64,000 bases of DNA from Pseudovirgaria hyperparasitica (lineage: Eukaryota), in NCBI GenBank assembly GCA_010093815.1, contig ML996568.1; one strand, written 5' to 3'. Both the position numbers and the translations under genes were made by a program. This document shows, in pieces, positions 1-12,657 of this stretch. The notes below the pieces were generated by a model. It was not told the DNA's origin and searched no databases. It saw only the letters and a list, made by a program, of their open reading frames with translations. Positions within the stretch are counted from its first letter, which is position 1. Each line of letters opens with the position of its first letter.

Positions 1-1420
1 AATAAGTACTAGATAAGTATAAAAGCTATAGTACTAGACTAGGATAACGATATTACCCGACTAATTCCTTTTTAATTTACTAATAGTATAATTTATTATA
101 TTAATTAGCTTAATAGATAATATTAGATCTATATACTAAAATTACTTAATAGGGATATCTTCGCTTAATTCCATAATAAAAGCACTTATATAGGATTTTT
201 CTAAGTATACGATTAAATTCGCGCGGGCTACTTTATTTATTAGCTTATAAAGTGTCTAAAGTACTATATTTAGTACTATCCTACCTATAAAACTTACTAG
301 ATATAAAGATATACGCCGTATAGTAAATTAAAGCTAGTCTAGTTACTACTAATACTATTTTATATAGTTATAATAGACTTTATTATTAGACTACTAATAT
401 AGAATAGGCTTAACGCGCTACTTACTATAATAGATAAGTTTACTAAGCGAATCTACCTCGTCCTAGGCCGGAATAACTAGACTACTACGTAATAGATAAC
501 TATATTTAGGAGGAGTATACTACTAGAATAGAGAGTTCTAGCTATAATTATTTATAATAGGGACCGAAAATTCCTATTATTATTTTAGAAAGGAATTTTC
601 GAGGGTATTAGTACTAAAATCCTAGTATTAACCGCTTATTATAAATAGAGTAATAGTTAAAGCGAATATACGAACTAAACGGTAGAGATTACCCTATATT
701 TTCTTATTTTAATATTACTAGCTATAGGCTAGATAATCTATATTCTATTAGTCTAGCGGCTTATAAATAATTTAATAAACGCCTTAATATAAAAATCTCT
801 AAATAAGATAGTATACGGCTTCTAACTATCTAAAGGTACTCTATTTAAGAAGACTAGTTTAATAGAAGTAAATAATTACGCCTGAAAGCGTAATATAAAC
901 CGGAAAGAGATATTAGATATACTAGTATTCGCCTAGACGCGCATGAAGAAGCGTTTTAATAGGTGCTATATATCTCTACTAGACCTCGCTCCTAGCGACT
1001 AGATCTATATTTAACTATATAAAGGGTATAAGATTCTAGACGCTTATTATAAGCTTAGCTAATAATAAGTCGGACTAGTACTAATTAAATATATAGTAGG
1101 CCGTTAGATGTACGAACTAGAGCTACTAGAGATATAGAAAATATATCTAGTAATATCTATTAAATAGTTAGAACTATTTCTAAAGGATCTTAACCGCTTT
1201 AACCGTAGAGAAGATATATATCTACTTACTATTATAAATAAGTAGATAGTAATAGCTATCTATAATTAGTACTATATTTAAATCGGGCGTAATTATAAAC
1301 TAACCGTTAAATACTAGGTAATAGTATATAGCAATAGTCTAGAATTCGGTTAGTAGATATAGTAAAGTATACTCCTATTAGACTTAGTCGAAGAATACGA
1401 CCTTAGATAAGTCTATAGAA
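1..1420 (+). pseudogene. RIP-degraded Ty3/Gypsy integrase (likely followed by a chromodomain), 5' part outside the window
   Basis: De-RIP motifs: FHD..AHAGF...CPKC (~160-265), TVTMDFITGLP (~365-397), IDKFTKR (~430-450), IICDRDRKF (~547-573), STAYHKQSDGQSE (~628-666). Confidence 0.85.
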
Positions 1421-4399
1421 ATAGTCTACTAGGAGCCTAGCTAGGTCGATAACTACTTAAAGTCGTAATATCTATCCGCCCCTAGCTATTATAGATAGAG
1501 AGCCGTTAATATCTATTATAATAAGTAGCGTTATAATATATATATTTACTAAGTATTCTATAGATATATAACTATTAAGTACTTCCTTATATTATTCGCT
1601 TAAAGATTAGTACCGGACCTAGATCTATTAACTAAAGACGACTACCACGGTTAAGCTAACCGTATAGCCTACTATTTATAGTTACTAATCTATAAATATT
1701 CTATAATATCGACTAATTACTATATATAACTAGCTTTATCCTTACTAGACCTAGTATATTAATTTAGTAGGCTTATAATAGTTATACTTAATCTAAACTA
1801 ACTAATATCCTTCTACGCCTACGTCTAAAGGTAGGCGAAAAGTACTACTAGTAGCCTATAGAAAAGATTTAGGCGCGAGTAAATATTAAACTAGCTAACT
1901 AACTATTCTATATAGCTCTATATAATGTAATAGCGAACTAGGTAGATTCTAAGAGTTTTTCTAGCTTGTTAAAAGCTTTTCTACTAATTCTTCTAGAATA
2001 TATAGTAATAGAATACTCTTTATCGTTAGCTCTATCTATATAGATCTCTAGTAACGGGCTAGTAGTAGGTAATTTCTCTATAACTAAATAATAGCACCTA
2101 TTAAAATATAATTTATAGCTATTTTATATAGATTATTCTATTAATATTATAGAGGACTATATAACTTAGCCGTCTACGAACGTCTAGCCGTCCGACTAAG
2201 TAAAGTTACTAATTATTATAGTAATAGAGTAATAGATTATAAGAAAGGGTAAGGTCGGTATCTAATAGCCGGCCGTATTCTTAAAAGAAGGATAGTTTTA
2301 GGACGGTTATCTCCTATATAGAGCCCCTAGCGTTTTAAATAATAAGATTATAATTATCTTTAATCGATTTATACTTAGTAGAGTAGTAATATTACTACTA
2401 TATTATTAGTAGATACTAGAAAAGACTCGTCCTAAGCCCTAGGTAATTAAAGATAAGCTATTTATAGCGAATAAAACCGACTATTATACTTAGGCGGTAC
2501 CCTTAGATATTAACCTAATATACGGGCACGAAGATAACGATAGTAGTATTTTAGCTAAGTAACTATTAAAGATCGTAAGTACCGCGTATCCGGCTATAAA
2601 AAGTCTAGTAGATAATCTAATTTTAGCCTAATCGTAACGATTAGATTATATACGTACTACGTTACTTATATTACTAACTACTACTAATAATTTAGACTTT
2701 AGCTCGCCGTATAGTTAGTTAAGTAGGTAGTAAATAAACTCGGGTAGCTTAGTACTAAATATTAGTAACCTATTACTATTCACGCCTAAATCAAGTTAGG
2801 TAATTAATTTTAAAACTAGTATATAAAGATTTAATCTAATTACGATTCTATAGAAAGATTAGCCGGATAATAAGAAAGCGACTATATTAGATATCTATAT
2901 ATATAACCTTAATATAGTTAAAAGAATCGTTAACTAGTTAACCTAGACCGACGTCTATCTTACTAATATCTACTAATAACTATATAATATAACCTCGTCT
3001 ATTAAGGTAAATATAGTCGACTAGAGAACTATAGTAGCTATCTAGGTATAATTTTTAACGTCCGTTCTAATAGCTACTAGAAATAACCTATATATAATAC
3101 TTCTTAAGTAAGCTAAAACTCTTTATAAACTTATTAGTAATAAAGGTATTAACTTAGTTAAAAATAGATATAAGTAACCTATATTTAAGTATACTATTTT
3201 AACGACTAAAGACTCCTTTAAAGTTAAGAGTAACCTAGATATATATATTATATTATTCTAGGACTTTTAGTAGAAAGTAAGTACTACTAAAAAGATATAG
3301 AGCCTTAATAGAGTAGTTATAGAAAGTCTAGTTTTTAAAAAACCAACTATTAAGAGGGACCTCTATATTATCTAACCTAAGCTTATAAAGGAACGAGTTA
3401 TTATCTTATCTAATAAGGAAGAAATTAATAGTAATTTCGCTATAGTATAGCCCCGCCTAGTTATAAAGATAATCTTAGCTACCTTAAAAATATTATCTTA
3501 GTTATTTTAATAAAAACCTAAGTAGCCTAATTCGGTTAACCGCCTAGGTCTCCTACCTAGCCTAAGTAAGTTAGCTCGTTCTCTAGCTAACTATAGAGAA
3601 TTAGAATATTACTCGTACTAAATAGATAAGCTAATTAAGTAACTAGGGCCTCTAGGGGAGGTAGTTAATCTTCTTAAGTCTATAAAGTTAATTTATAAGT
3701 ACGGTAAATACGCTATAAGGTTATTTAATAATAAAATTAGTAAGTATATATAGAAGTATCTAAACCGTACCTATAATACTAAATATAAGTTTTATACTAA
3801 GGAGTTAAGACTAAAGTAAATAGTTAAATACTACTAGAATATCTACTACTATTATAGCTTTAGACTCGAAGACGCTACTACGGCTACTTATAGTTATGAG
3901 TAGTATAAATCTTATCTTACTAAAATACTACTAAATAGACTATTATATTATAAGATATACTAAAAGGTCGTAAAGCTAGTTTTCTAGATAATAACTCTAA
4001 TAGCGTATAAGGTAAGTCTATAATAGCTTTACACGAACTAACTAGTATACTACCTACTAGCGAAGTATAGTAAGTCGACTAGAATAATAATAAAGACATT
4101 AAGGTTACTAAGCTACTAGCTAAGTAATAAGGTTACTCTAAGGGGACTATAAAGCATATCGCGCCCGCTAAGGAACTCCCTAACGTTGGTTTAGCTATAG
4201 ATTAACCGCGCTATAGTATCTATAAAGATATAAACCCGTGCCTAGCTAAGCGTCGCACGTAAAGCTACTAAGGGTAGTAGTAGGTTTTCTTAAATTCGGG
4301 TACCTTATTATAGCTATAGTAGTAGTATATACTATATATAATTAATATAGGTAGTTATAAACCGGTCGTTTATATAAATATAACTAACTAGATATATAT

Positions 4400-7100
4400 A
4401 TAGAAAATGGTATACTTTATAACTAATATAACTTAACTTATTAATAATCTTAATAGTCGCGGAGATAAGTAGAAAACCGCATTTCGGACTAGATATAGTT
4501 ATTTTAAGTATACTATTATACTATTCGGGCTAATAAATACACTAGAAGCGTTTTAAGAATATATTAATACTATACTTATAGAATTACTTAATATGATTTA
4601 TATAGTCTATCTTAATAATATACTAATTTACTCTAATAGTATATAGAATTATAAAGAATATATAAAATTAGTACTAAATTATCTAAGGTAGTATAAACTC
4701 TATATAAAATTATCTAAATATAAGTTTCACTAATAAGAAGTTAGGTTTCTTAGCTTTATTATAATATATAGTAGTCTAAAAATAGAGCTAGAGCGTATAA
4801 AGACTATTATAGAATAGCTAGAATCTACTACTATACGTTAAATTAGAACGTTTATAGGTTTTATAAACTATTATTATAAATTTATTATAGGCTTCTTACG
4901 AATTATAGTACTACTTAATAAACTTATAGAGAATAGTAGTAAAATCTCTATAGATAGGCGAGTATAGTATAAAGCTAAGTTAGTTAAGATATAGTTAATA
5001 CTAGAAGCGCGAGATATATTCTAATTATTAAAGAATTACTTTATAACTACGCTAATTCTTAGGTATTTTAATTCTAAGAAGTATATTCGGGTCGAAACTA
5101 ACACGTTAGAATTTATAATTACTAGAATTATTAGTTAACTATATAAAGATATAAAAGATAAGGTATAATAGTACCTAGTTACCTTCTTTTTCTATAAAAT
5201 AGTAGATATAGAGACGCGTTATAATACGCACGACTAGAAACTACTTATAATTATTAAGAGTTTTAAGTAATAGTAATATTATTTAGAAGGCTCTATATAT
5301 TAGATTAAATTATTATTAGATTATATAAATCTATATTACTTTATATTAACTAAGGTCCTTAATCGCTAATAAGTACGTTAGACTAAGTAGATATTAATAT
5401 TTAACTTTAAAATCTTATATAAAGCTAGAAGAGAGAATAAAGCTAATCCTCTATCGCGGCGTAAAGATTATAAGAAATTATTATAGAATAACGTAGATAG
5501 TTAGTATAATTTAGACTATACTATACTTTAGATACTATAAGACTAGTTATCTAATAGAATACTAGAAGCTAGAATACTTTTAGTAATTCTCCGTGGGAAT
5601 TAGAGTAGGTATTAAGTAATCTAAATAAACGTCTAAGGAAATAAGAAAACCCTTAAAGACTTAATTAAATCTACCTAGAATTCTAATATATTAGTAAAGA
5701 AAGTTATAAGTATAAAAGGAAGCGCTATAGATCTACTATAGTTATTAAGGTAGAAATAATAATTAGACGCGATCTACTTCTAAGACTAACTCTATATACT
5801 AGAAGGCGACTTATAAATTAATATTTTAAGGGAATAGTATAATTACGCGTTAGTAGAATACTTTAGTATTATAAGAATAGTTAATTTAATCCGAAGAACG
5901 TATAACTAGCTAGGTCTTTATAAATATATAAAGAACTATATAAAAATATATAACGTTTACTAGTATACGAAAGTATATAGATACTTACTATATAGTAAAT
6001 TAAGGCTATTACCTATACTAAAGGAGGTATAGAAGGAATTATTAATAGATTTCATTATAGATCTACCCCTAAGTAAGTATTCTAGGTATATTTATAATAG
6101 TTTACTTATAGTTCTAGATAGATTTATAAAGATATTATACTATATCCCTATAAGGAAGATAATCTAAGTACCGGATCTTATAGATATACTACTCCGTAAC
6201 GTAGTTCGGCTCTATAGTATACTAAATAGTATAGTTTTAGATAGAGGTCTATAGATAATATCTAAATTTTAGAAGGATTTCTACTATATACTAGGAATTA
6301 AGTAAAAACTTAGTACTATATTCTATCTATAAATAGATAGGTAGATAGAGCGGTAGAATTAGATAGTCGAGGCGTATTTACGTATATATTATAACTATAA
6401 GTAGAATAACTAGATAAGATTAGTCTATATCGCGGAATTCGCGTATAATAATAGCTAATATATATTAACCTATATAAGTCCGTTCGAAGTAAACTTTAGT
6501 TAGAACTATAATATATAGTTCTTAGGGACTTAGTTTAAAGTAGAATAACCTAACGTTAAAGTAATAGAAATTACTATAGAACTATTCTAAATATAAAGAA
6601 ACGTTATAAAGTTACTATAAGATACTATGGATTATAGTAAATCGCACTATAATAAGGGTAGAAAACCTATAATCTTTAATGTTAGGGATAAAGTTTTACT
6701 AAATAGTAAGAATATTCGTAGTATTAGGCTAAAGAAGAAGCTTAACTATATAATAATAGGTCTATATAAGATTACTTATATAATTAATAACTAGGTATAT
6801 AAGTTATAACTCCCTCCTACGTTAAAGATATATAATATATTCTATATTATACTTCTCGAGCTATTTTATACCTTATTATTATCGGATTATTCTAAATAGA
6901 TACTATATAAAGTAGTTATATAAGAAGGTATAGATATCTATAAAGTTAAGTAGATACTTAGCTAGTAACGCGCTAAAGATAGTATATAGCTATATAAAAT
7001 TTATTAGAAAGAATATAATTCTAATAAAGATACCTAGAAATCTATAATAAATATTAGTAAAGTAGTAATATTAGTATATAAGTAGTAATTAGTAAAGGAA
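4400..7100 (+). pseudogene. RIP-degraded chromovirus Gypsy pol (RT-RNaseH-integrase-chromodomain)
   Basis: De-RIP motifs: [28 protein letters not shown] (~4461-4545), VYLDDILIYS (~4605-4634), ETDAS (~5094), MDFITDLP (~6045), TDGQTERQNQ (~6332) and a chromodomain YEVEQIL...YKIRWK.Y...DTWE (~6940-7040). Confidence 0.92.
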
Positions 7101-7235
7101 GCCATAGAATTATAGAGAATTATACTAAAGTATAGTAATTTAATATTTTATAGTATAGTTTAGTACTAAGGACAGCTATCTAAAAGGAAGAAGGTAAAAG
7201 AGATATAGATCTTTAAAACATTCTAAGGAATTAAG

Positions 7236-7320
7236 GAACTTCCTTAGAAAGTTCGAACTTAGAACTCCCTTAGAAAGTTTAAACTTAGAACTCCCTTAGA
7301 AAGTTTAAACTTAGAACTTT
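7236..7320. repeat. 26-bp tandem repeat (x3.2) with internal palindrome
   Basis: GAACTYCCTTAGAAAGTTYRAACTTA starts at 7236, 7262 and 7288. The core AAGTTCGAACTT/AAGTTTAAACTT is palindromic. Confidence 0.9.
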
Positions 7321-8829
7321 AAAAAATTTAACTAAAAAAGAGACTTAGAAAAATAATTTACTAAGAGAAATAGACATTAAAAATCGATGCTAATCGGTAT
7401 AGATTAGTATAGATTACTAAAGAGATTAAAGAAGTTATTATTAAAGAAAGATAAAATTAAAAAAGCTAAAAGAAAATATAAAGATCTATATAGATCTATA
7501 TAAACTTATACTAATCTATCTAGAAGAAGTAAGATTACTTTAAAATTAAAACTAAAAAACTAAAAACGCTAGATAAAAGAGATATATTAGTACTAATTAG
7601 TATAGATCTAAACTAATTAAGTTAGAGTAGAAGTAGAAGTACTAATTACCGCGATAATTATATCTAATTTCTTCCGCTAGTTCTTATTTAGTATAGTATA
7701 GAGCTTTATAATATAAGTCTCTAGCCTTTCGTTCTAATACTATAAATTCTATATAGCACGCCTTATAGCTATAAACTCCTCTATAGAAACCTATAGAGCG
7801 GTAGGACCTAGGATAGAGAGGGACGGACTAGCGTAGATACGCTAAGAATTATATAAATTAGTAAAAAGATATAATAATCGGTATAGAACTATATACCTTT
7901 AGTATAGAAACTTCTAGATTAGAGCTATCTTCTCTAAATTTATAGCTCTTTAGTACGCGCGAGAAAGGAACCTTAGCCTTTTTACTAGAACCTTTTCTAG
8001 GAATTTTAATATTACCGGTATATAGAAAGAAGTCCGAAGTAGTAGAGATTTTAGTACTATTATAGAAATTAATATATATTAGTAAGAATCTATAATAATT
8101 TAAGAAAAATAATATTACCTAGTAATCGTAGTAATAATAGCTATAGTAGATTCCGATAAATCCTTATAGATTATATTAGAATTATACTTCTAGGCGTAAC
8201 CCTTACCTTAGATATATAGCTTATAGAAAGCCTTCTCTAAGGCGTTATAATTAGTAGTATTATACTTCTTATTAGTAGGGGTTACTAGAGGTCTAGTAGT
8301 AATCTATACTAATATAAGTAAATCTATATAAAGTTCTTCGAACTTATTTAAATATCTATAAGTAATAACGCTTCTTAGTTATATAAGTACCGTATATTAT
8401 AGATTTAGTACTACTATAAGCGGTATATAATAGAAAGTAATAACTATAATAATATATAGCTAGATTATTAGAGCCCGGCCTAGGTCGGAGTAGATTAATA
8501 GCTTTTAATATATTAGTAATATATACGAGATAGAAATTATTTAAAGGCGTCTATTTCCGCGCTAATTACTTTAGAGTATTAAGATTTTAGAAAACCATAT
8601 TATAATTATTACTAATTTATATAGATTATTATAAATTATTACTATTACTAGCTAAATATAGTATAAAAATTAGTAAATTATATAAATTATACTAAATTAT
8701 AGTAAATCTATATAAATCTATATCTATAAGAATTAGGTAATATACCTAATAATCTAAAAAGCTCTATAAAGAGTTAAGAAGTTTTTTAAAGAAAGGAATA
8801 TTTCTAAGAAAAGATTTTAATATAGATAG

Positions 8830-9201
8830 TGTGGTAAGCTATCGCTACGTGTGTCCCTTTTATAAATGGCTATGTTCCTAGTATAGTAGTCGCGACGAAC
8901 TTACAAGTATCTCTCCTAGGTATTATAAGTTCTCTTTGAACGCACGACTTCTTATTAGTTCTCTTTTACGATAGGACGGGTCTATATAATACTCTTAATT
9001 AATTCTTCAATAGCTAAGCCTAATAATCAATACCTATAGAGGCCTATGAACGTAAGGAAAGGTCGAATAGTCGAATATTAGTAATGGGGGAAGCGCGCCG
9101 AGTAGAATGACCAAGGAAAACGCCCTCCTTAAATATATAATAAAGCCATATAATCGAGCTAGGGATATATACATATAGGGCTATAGGAGCGGCCTTCCAT
9201 A
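8830..9201 (-). repeat. 3' LTR of the Ylt1-like element
   Basis: Aligns end to end with 19898-20269. The differences seen are C/T and G/A transitions. Confidence 0.95.
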
Positions 9202-9347
9202 TATACCTCCCCGGCCTATAGAACTACTACCCTTAGTAGTATAGTAACCGTATAAGAAACCGTGTAAAGAACGCCTAAAAGAAAGACCTTAATATAAATA
9301 AAATGCGCCCCTAGTAAACCTCTTAGCGCGGGTAAACCTTAGCCCGG

Positions 9348-9380
9348 ATTATTAGTTAAGGGTAGCCCTTAACTAATAAT
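9348..9380. repeat. Shared palindrome, copy 1 (15-bp arms, 3-nt spacer)
   Basis: ATTATTAGTTAAGGG-TAG-CCCTTAACTAATAAT. Confidence 0.95.
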
Positions 9381-12333
9381 TAGGTAGGTTTTTAGGCGCC
9401 TAATCTTAGTACTTAAGGTCGCGAGCCAGCTTCTAAAGAATCGTATCGCTTATCTTAGAGAGGTTAGATTCCTCCTCATCGGATAGTTCGTTAGGCCTCT
9501 CCTATCTATAGAAGTTCTCTTTAATATTATCTAGGCCCGCGTCGGACTCGAATTTCTTAAAATTAATTAGCCGCTTAGCGGCGCGCGCCTCGTTAAATTC
9601 CTTCTAGAACGACCTATCCCCATAGACTAGCCTTTCCTACCTTACTATTTTCTTAAAGGTCTCCACGAATACCCTCGAGCCCTCCTTAAACCAGGCGTCT
9701 ATCTTAGCTTTAAGTTATTAAGGACTTGCGTTAAGCCACGTAGCTGCCTCTTCTTTTACCTTCTAGCTATTCTATCTTTTATAGCCGACTAATACGTTAC
9801 TAACGGCGTTAAAACTCGGGAGTTAAACTACGGCTAGGAAGGCAAAAGGAATCGCGCTATATTTATTAGAAAATCCCGACGGAGACGTAGGTCCCGGAGT
9901 TAAATTCCTATAAGCTACTACGAGTTATTCCTATATACCCATTTCAGGCACTTCTATTATTATATGATTAGGGCTAATCGCGATATACCATAGAAGCATC
10001 GTACGTCTTCCACCCTTTACGGGACCCTAGGCGCTATATATTATTAGTAGGCTAGAGATACGTACTTTAAGGGACTAGTAGGGGACCGGGACGAAGGGAC
10101 TAAACCGTTTCTTATCGTCCGTATTATAGATCTTATCGTTAATAGCTATAATTATACCGTTTCGATTAACCCCCTCGCGGAGCTTAGCCTTTAACTACTA
10201 TTTATTTAAGAACTTATAGAAGCGGGGAATAATTATAGTATAGTCGTTACTTCGTTCGTCGTCGAGACTAATACTCCCCTAGATTATATTAAACCCGTGT
10301 CTATCGCTAGGATCGAGGATTCGATTAATGGTATTATCGAGATGCTTAAAACCCGTCTTATCGCCCCTATCCTAGGACTTCGCATAGTACGGGTACAAGA
10401 TTAGATAGTAGTTAAGATCGGGCCAAAGAGCGACATAGGTAAGCTAGTAAAGTAGATATTACCTAATAAACTATTAGATATAGGAGTGGTATATAGTTCA
10501 TAGCCAGCCGTAGTTCGATTTCTTATTAAACATGCGCTAGTAGTACTTATATATATTAAATTCATCCCTCGCGAGTTCTAGAATACTCTTATTAAGTATA
10601 GAGGTTGTCTTTTTAAGTAGCTTGAAGAGCCCTTTAATGTTAATACTTCCGGTACGTTTCTACTCGTCGAAGAGTTATCTATCTATCCTACCGTCCTTCT
10701 TCTAAATCATAAATACGATACTAGTAAGGATGGTTTTAATATTAATAACTTACTTTAGGGTCTCTAGGGCCTAGTAATAATAGATACCTAATATCTCTAT
10801 CGGATAAGGTAGCCGCGCGTACTTCGCAAACTAGGTATAGCGGTCCTTATAAACTTTAAGGGCCCCTACATTATCTCTAAACTCATATACTATTTTAAGT
10901 CTCGCTACTAGGTTTAAGTAGGACACGCTAATAAGTATATTATTCTTTCTAGCTACGTCTTAGTAATGCTTATAGTAGACTTTATACGGAATAGCCATGT
11001 TACCTATCTACGCTTTCTAGTGCACTAGTAGGGCCATTCCCTTAATGCTCGTGAAATTCTTCTTTAGTAATATAGCTGCCTTAAAAGTCTTCGTCACTAA
11101 AGGCGCGTATTAACACTTCTTAGGCTCGTCCTCTTCCTCGACCGATACTATTATCTTAGGGTACGAACTAAGAATAACCGGGGATTATTATATAGGCGCC
11201 CCTAGTAATTACTAAGGGCTGGTAGATAAGGCACGTCCGCGAGTGGGTTTTATCGGCGTGGCTATAATAGATACTAAAGAGGTTCTCGCATGGCCTAGTA
11301 AGGGACGTATACTAGTAGTAGTAGGAGAAATACTTACTTTAAACGGATAACTAGCTTCGAAGAGACGATATACTACTAAACTAGAAGGCGTGCTTCGTGG
11401 AGAGGACTTCACTATAGGTGTTACCTACGCTAGTTTTAGCGATGGTAAGGTCTAAGGCGGAGGCGATGCACTTATCTCTTTAATTTATAGGTAGTATTCG
11501 ACGGGCCTATAAACCATTCTACTTATCTATAACTATTGACTAGCGGGGATAATAAGTCCCGTCTTATTATAGAACGTTAGTTTATTTTATTGGCTAGGGT
11601 AGTTCGAGAGTTACTAGAGAGATAGACCGTCCTTATTACTATTGCTAGCTAGAGCGGCATCGATATTAGAGCTCTAAAGATATACCTTAATTCCCCTTCC
11701 CTTCTATCCCTAGCCAATTCGGGACCATAGGGATACGTTTAACTAGTTCCTCGCTCTCACCTATGTCCGCATTCGTAAGAGCGCTACTAGCTTTTCCATA
11801 AAGTTCTATGTTTACTAGAGCTGTCTAAGGGCGGATTAGAGTAACTAGCCATCGTTATTAGGGAGGTCTTTTCGCTAGTTTTATAGGATTATATTTTTAG
11901 CTTTTAGAATACGGGAGTTAGTATCTCTTCCACAACGAATTATCTCGTGGACTTCTTTCGGAATGGAGGAGTTAATCTTTACCTTACTATACCCTATTAC
12001 GGCTCCTACTTCCTAGAAGAGGTTAACTATACTACTTAAGAGCTATTCTATAAGGCTGGTAATATAAAGGAGATTATTAAACGTGTCTAGAATATAGTCC
12101 CATTACTCTTACGGGTCCTAGATAGCGATAATTCGGTTAATAGTAGACTCATTTACTTCTATAGCTTCTATAGCCTATCCGTACGGAGTAGTAGATGGCC
12201 TTAATACTACGATAGCCGTTAATAGCCCTACTTTAGTACTTATGACTCTTAACTAGGACCGTGTCTATCTTATTAGTACTTAATAATCTTATAACTCTTC
12301 ACGGGTAGGCGTTTTCTTTTTCGGCGGGGCTAT
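9352..12333 (-). pseudogene. RIP-inactivated cargo ORF (~990 aa): helical N-terminus, S/P/T-rich linker, CxC...CxxH, C-terminal 2OG-Fe(II) dioxygenase (PhyH-like DSBH) domain
   Basis: One continuous frame whose stops are all explicable as RIP changes. De-RIP reading: LRPDLNYRLISYPYYAK...GFKHLD (HLD codons intact, 10344-10336)...MIQGSISLDDE..DCTIIVPRFH...VPVPC..EVRIS.PLMIHGAQGP (His TAT<CAT at 10038)..GRRTMLPWY (RR 10008-10003). Start and stop are inferred. Confidence 0.8.
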
Positions 12334-12554
12334 TATTATTATCGGTTCTATCGGCGAGTTACGTTCTAAGGAGAGGTAGTTAAGTAAGGCGGAAGTAGAG
12401 GAGGAGGTTTTATTAATTAAGGAGGTATAGAGAGGTATAAGAGGGAAGAGTTATATACTATCTTAAATTCTCTTTTTATGCCTCCTTAAATGCCGGGTAT
12501 ATAGTAATTTTTATAAATGATCCTTACTAACGGCCGTAGGCCCGTATACGTGTC

Positions 12555-12657
12555 GAATCTATAAATGAATATATACTAGGTATATAGAAAATCTATGAAT
12601 GAATATATCTACCGGGTATATAGCGGAATCTATAAATGAATAGATACCGGGTATATT
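12555..12657. repeat. Imperfect ~33-37-bp tandem repeat (x3) between pol and the cargo ORF
   Basis: Units resemble GAATCTATRAATGAATAKAT..CCGGGTATATAG. Confidence 0.8.
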
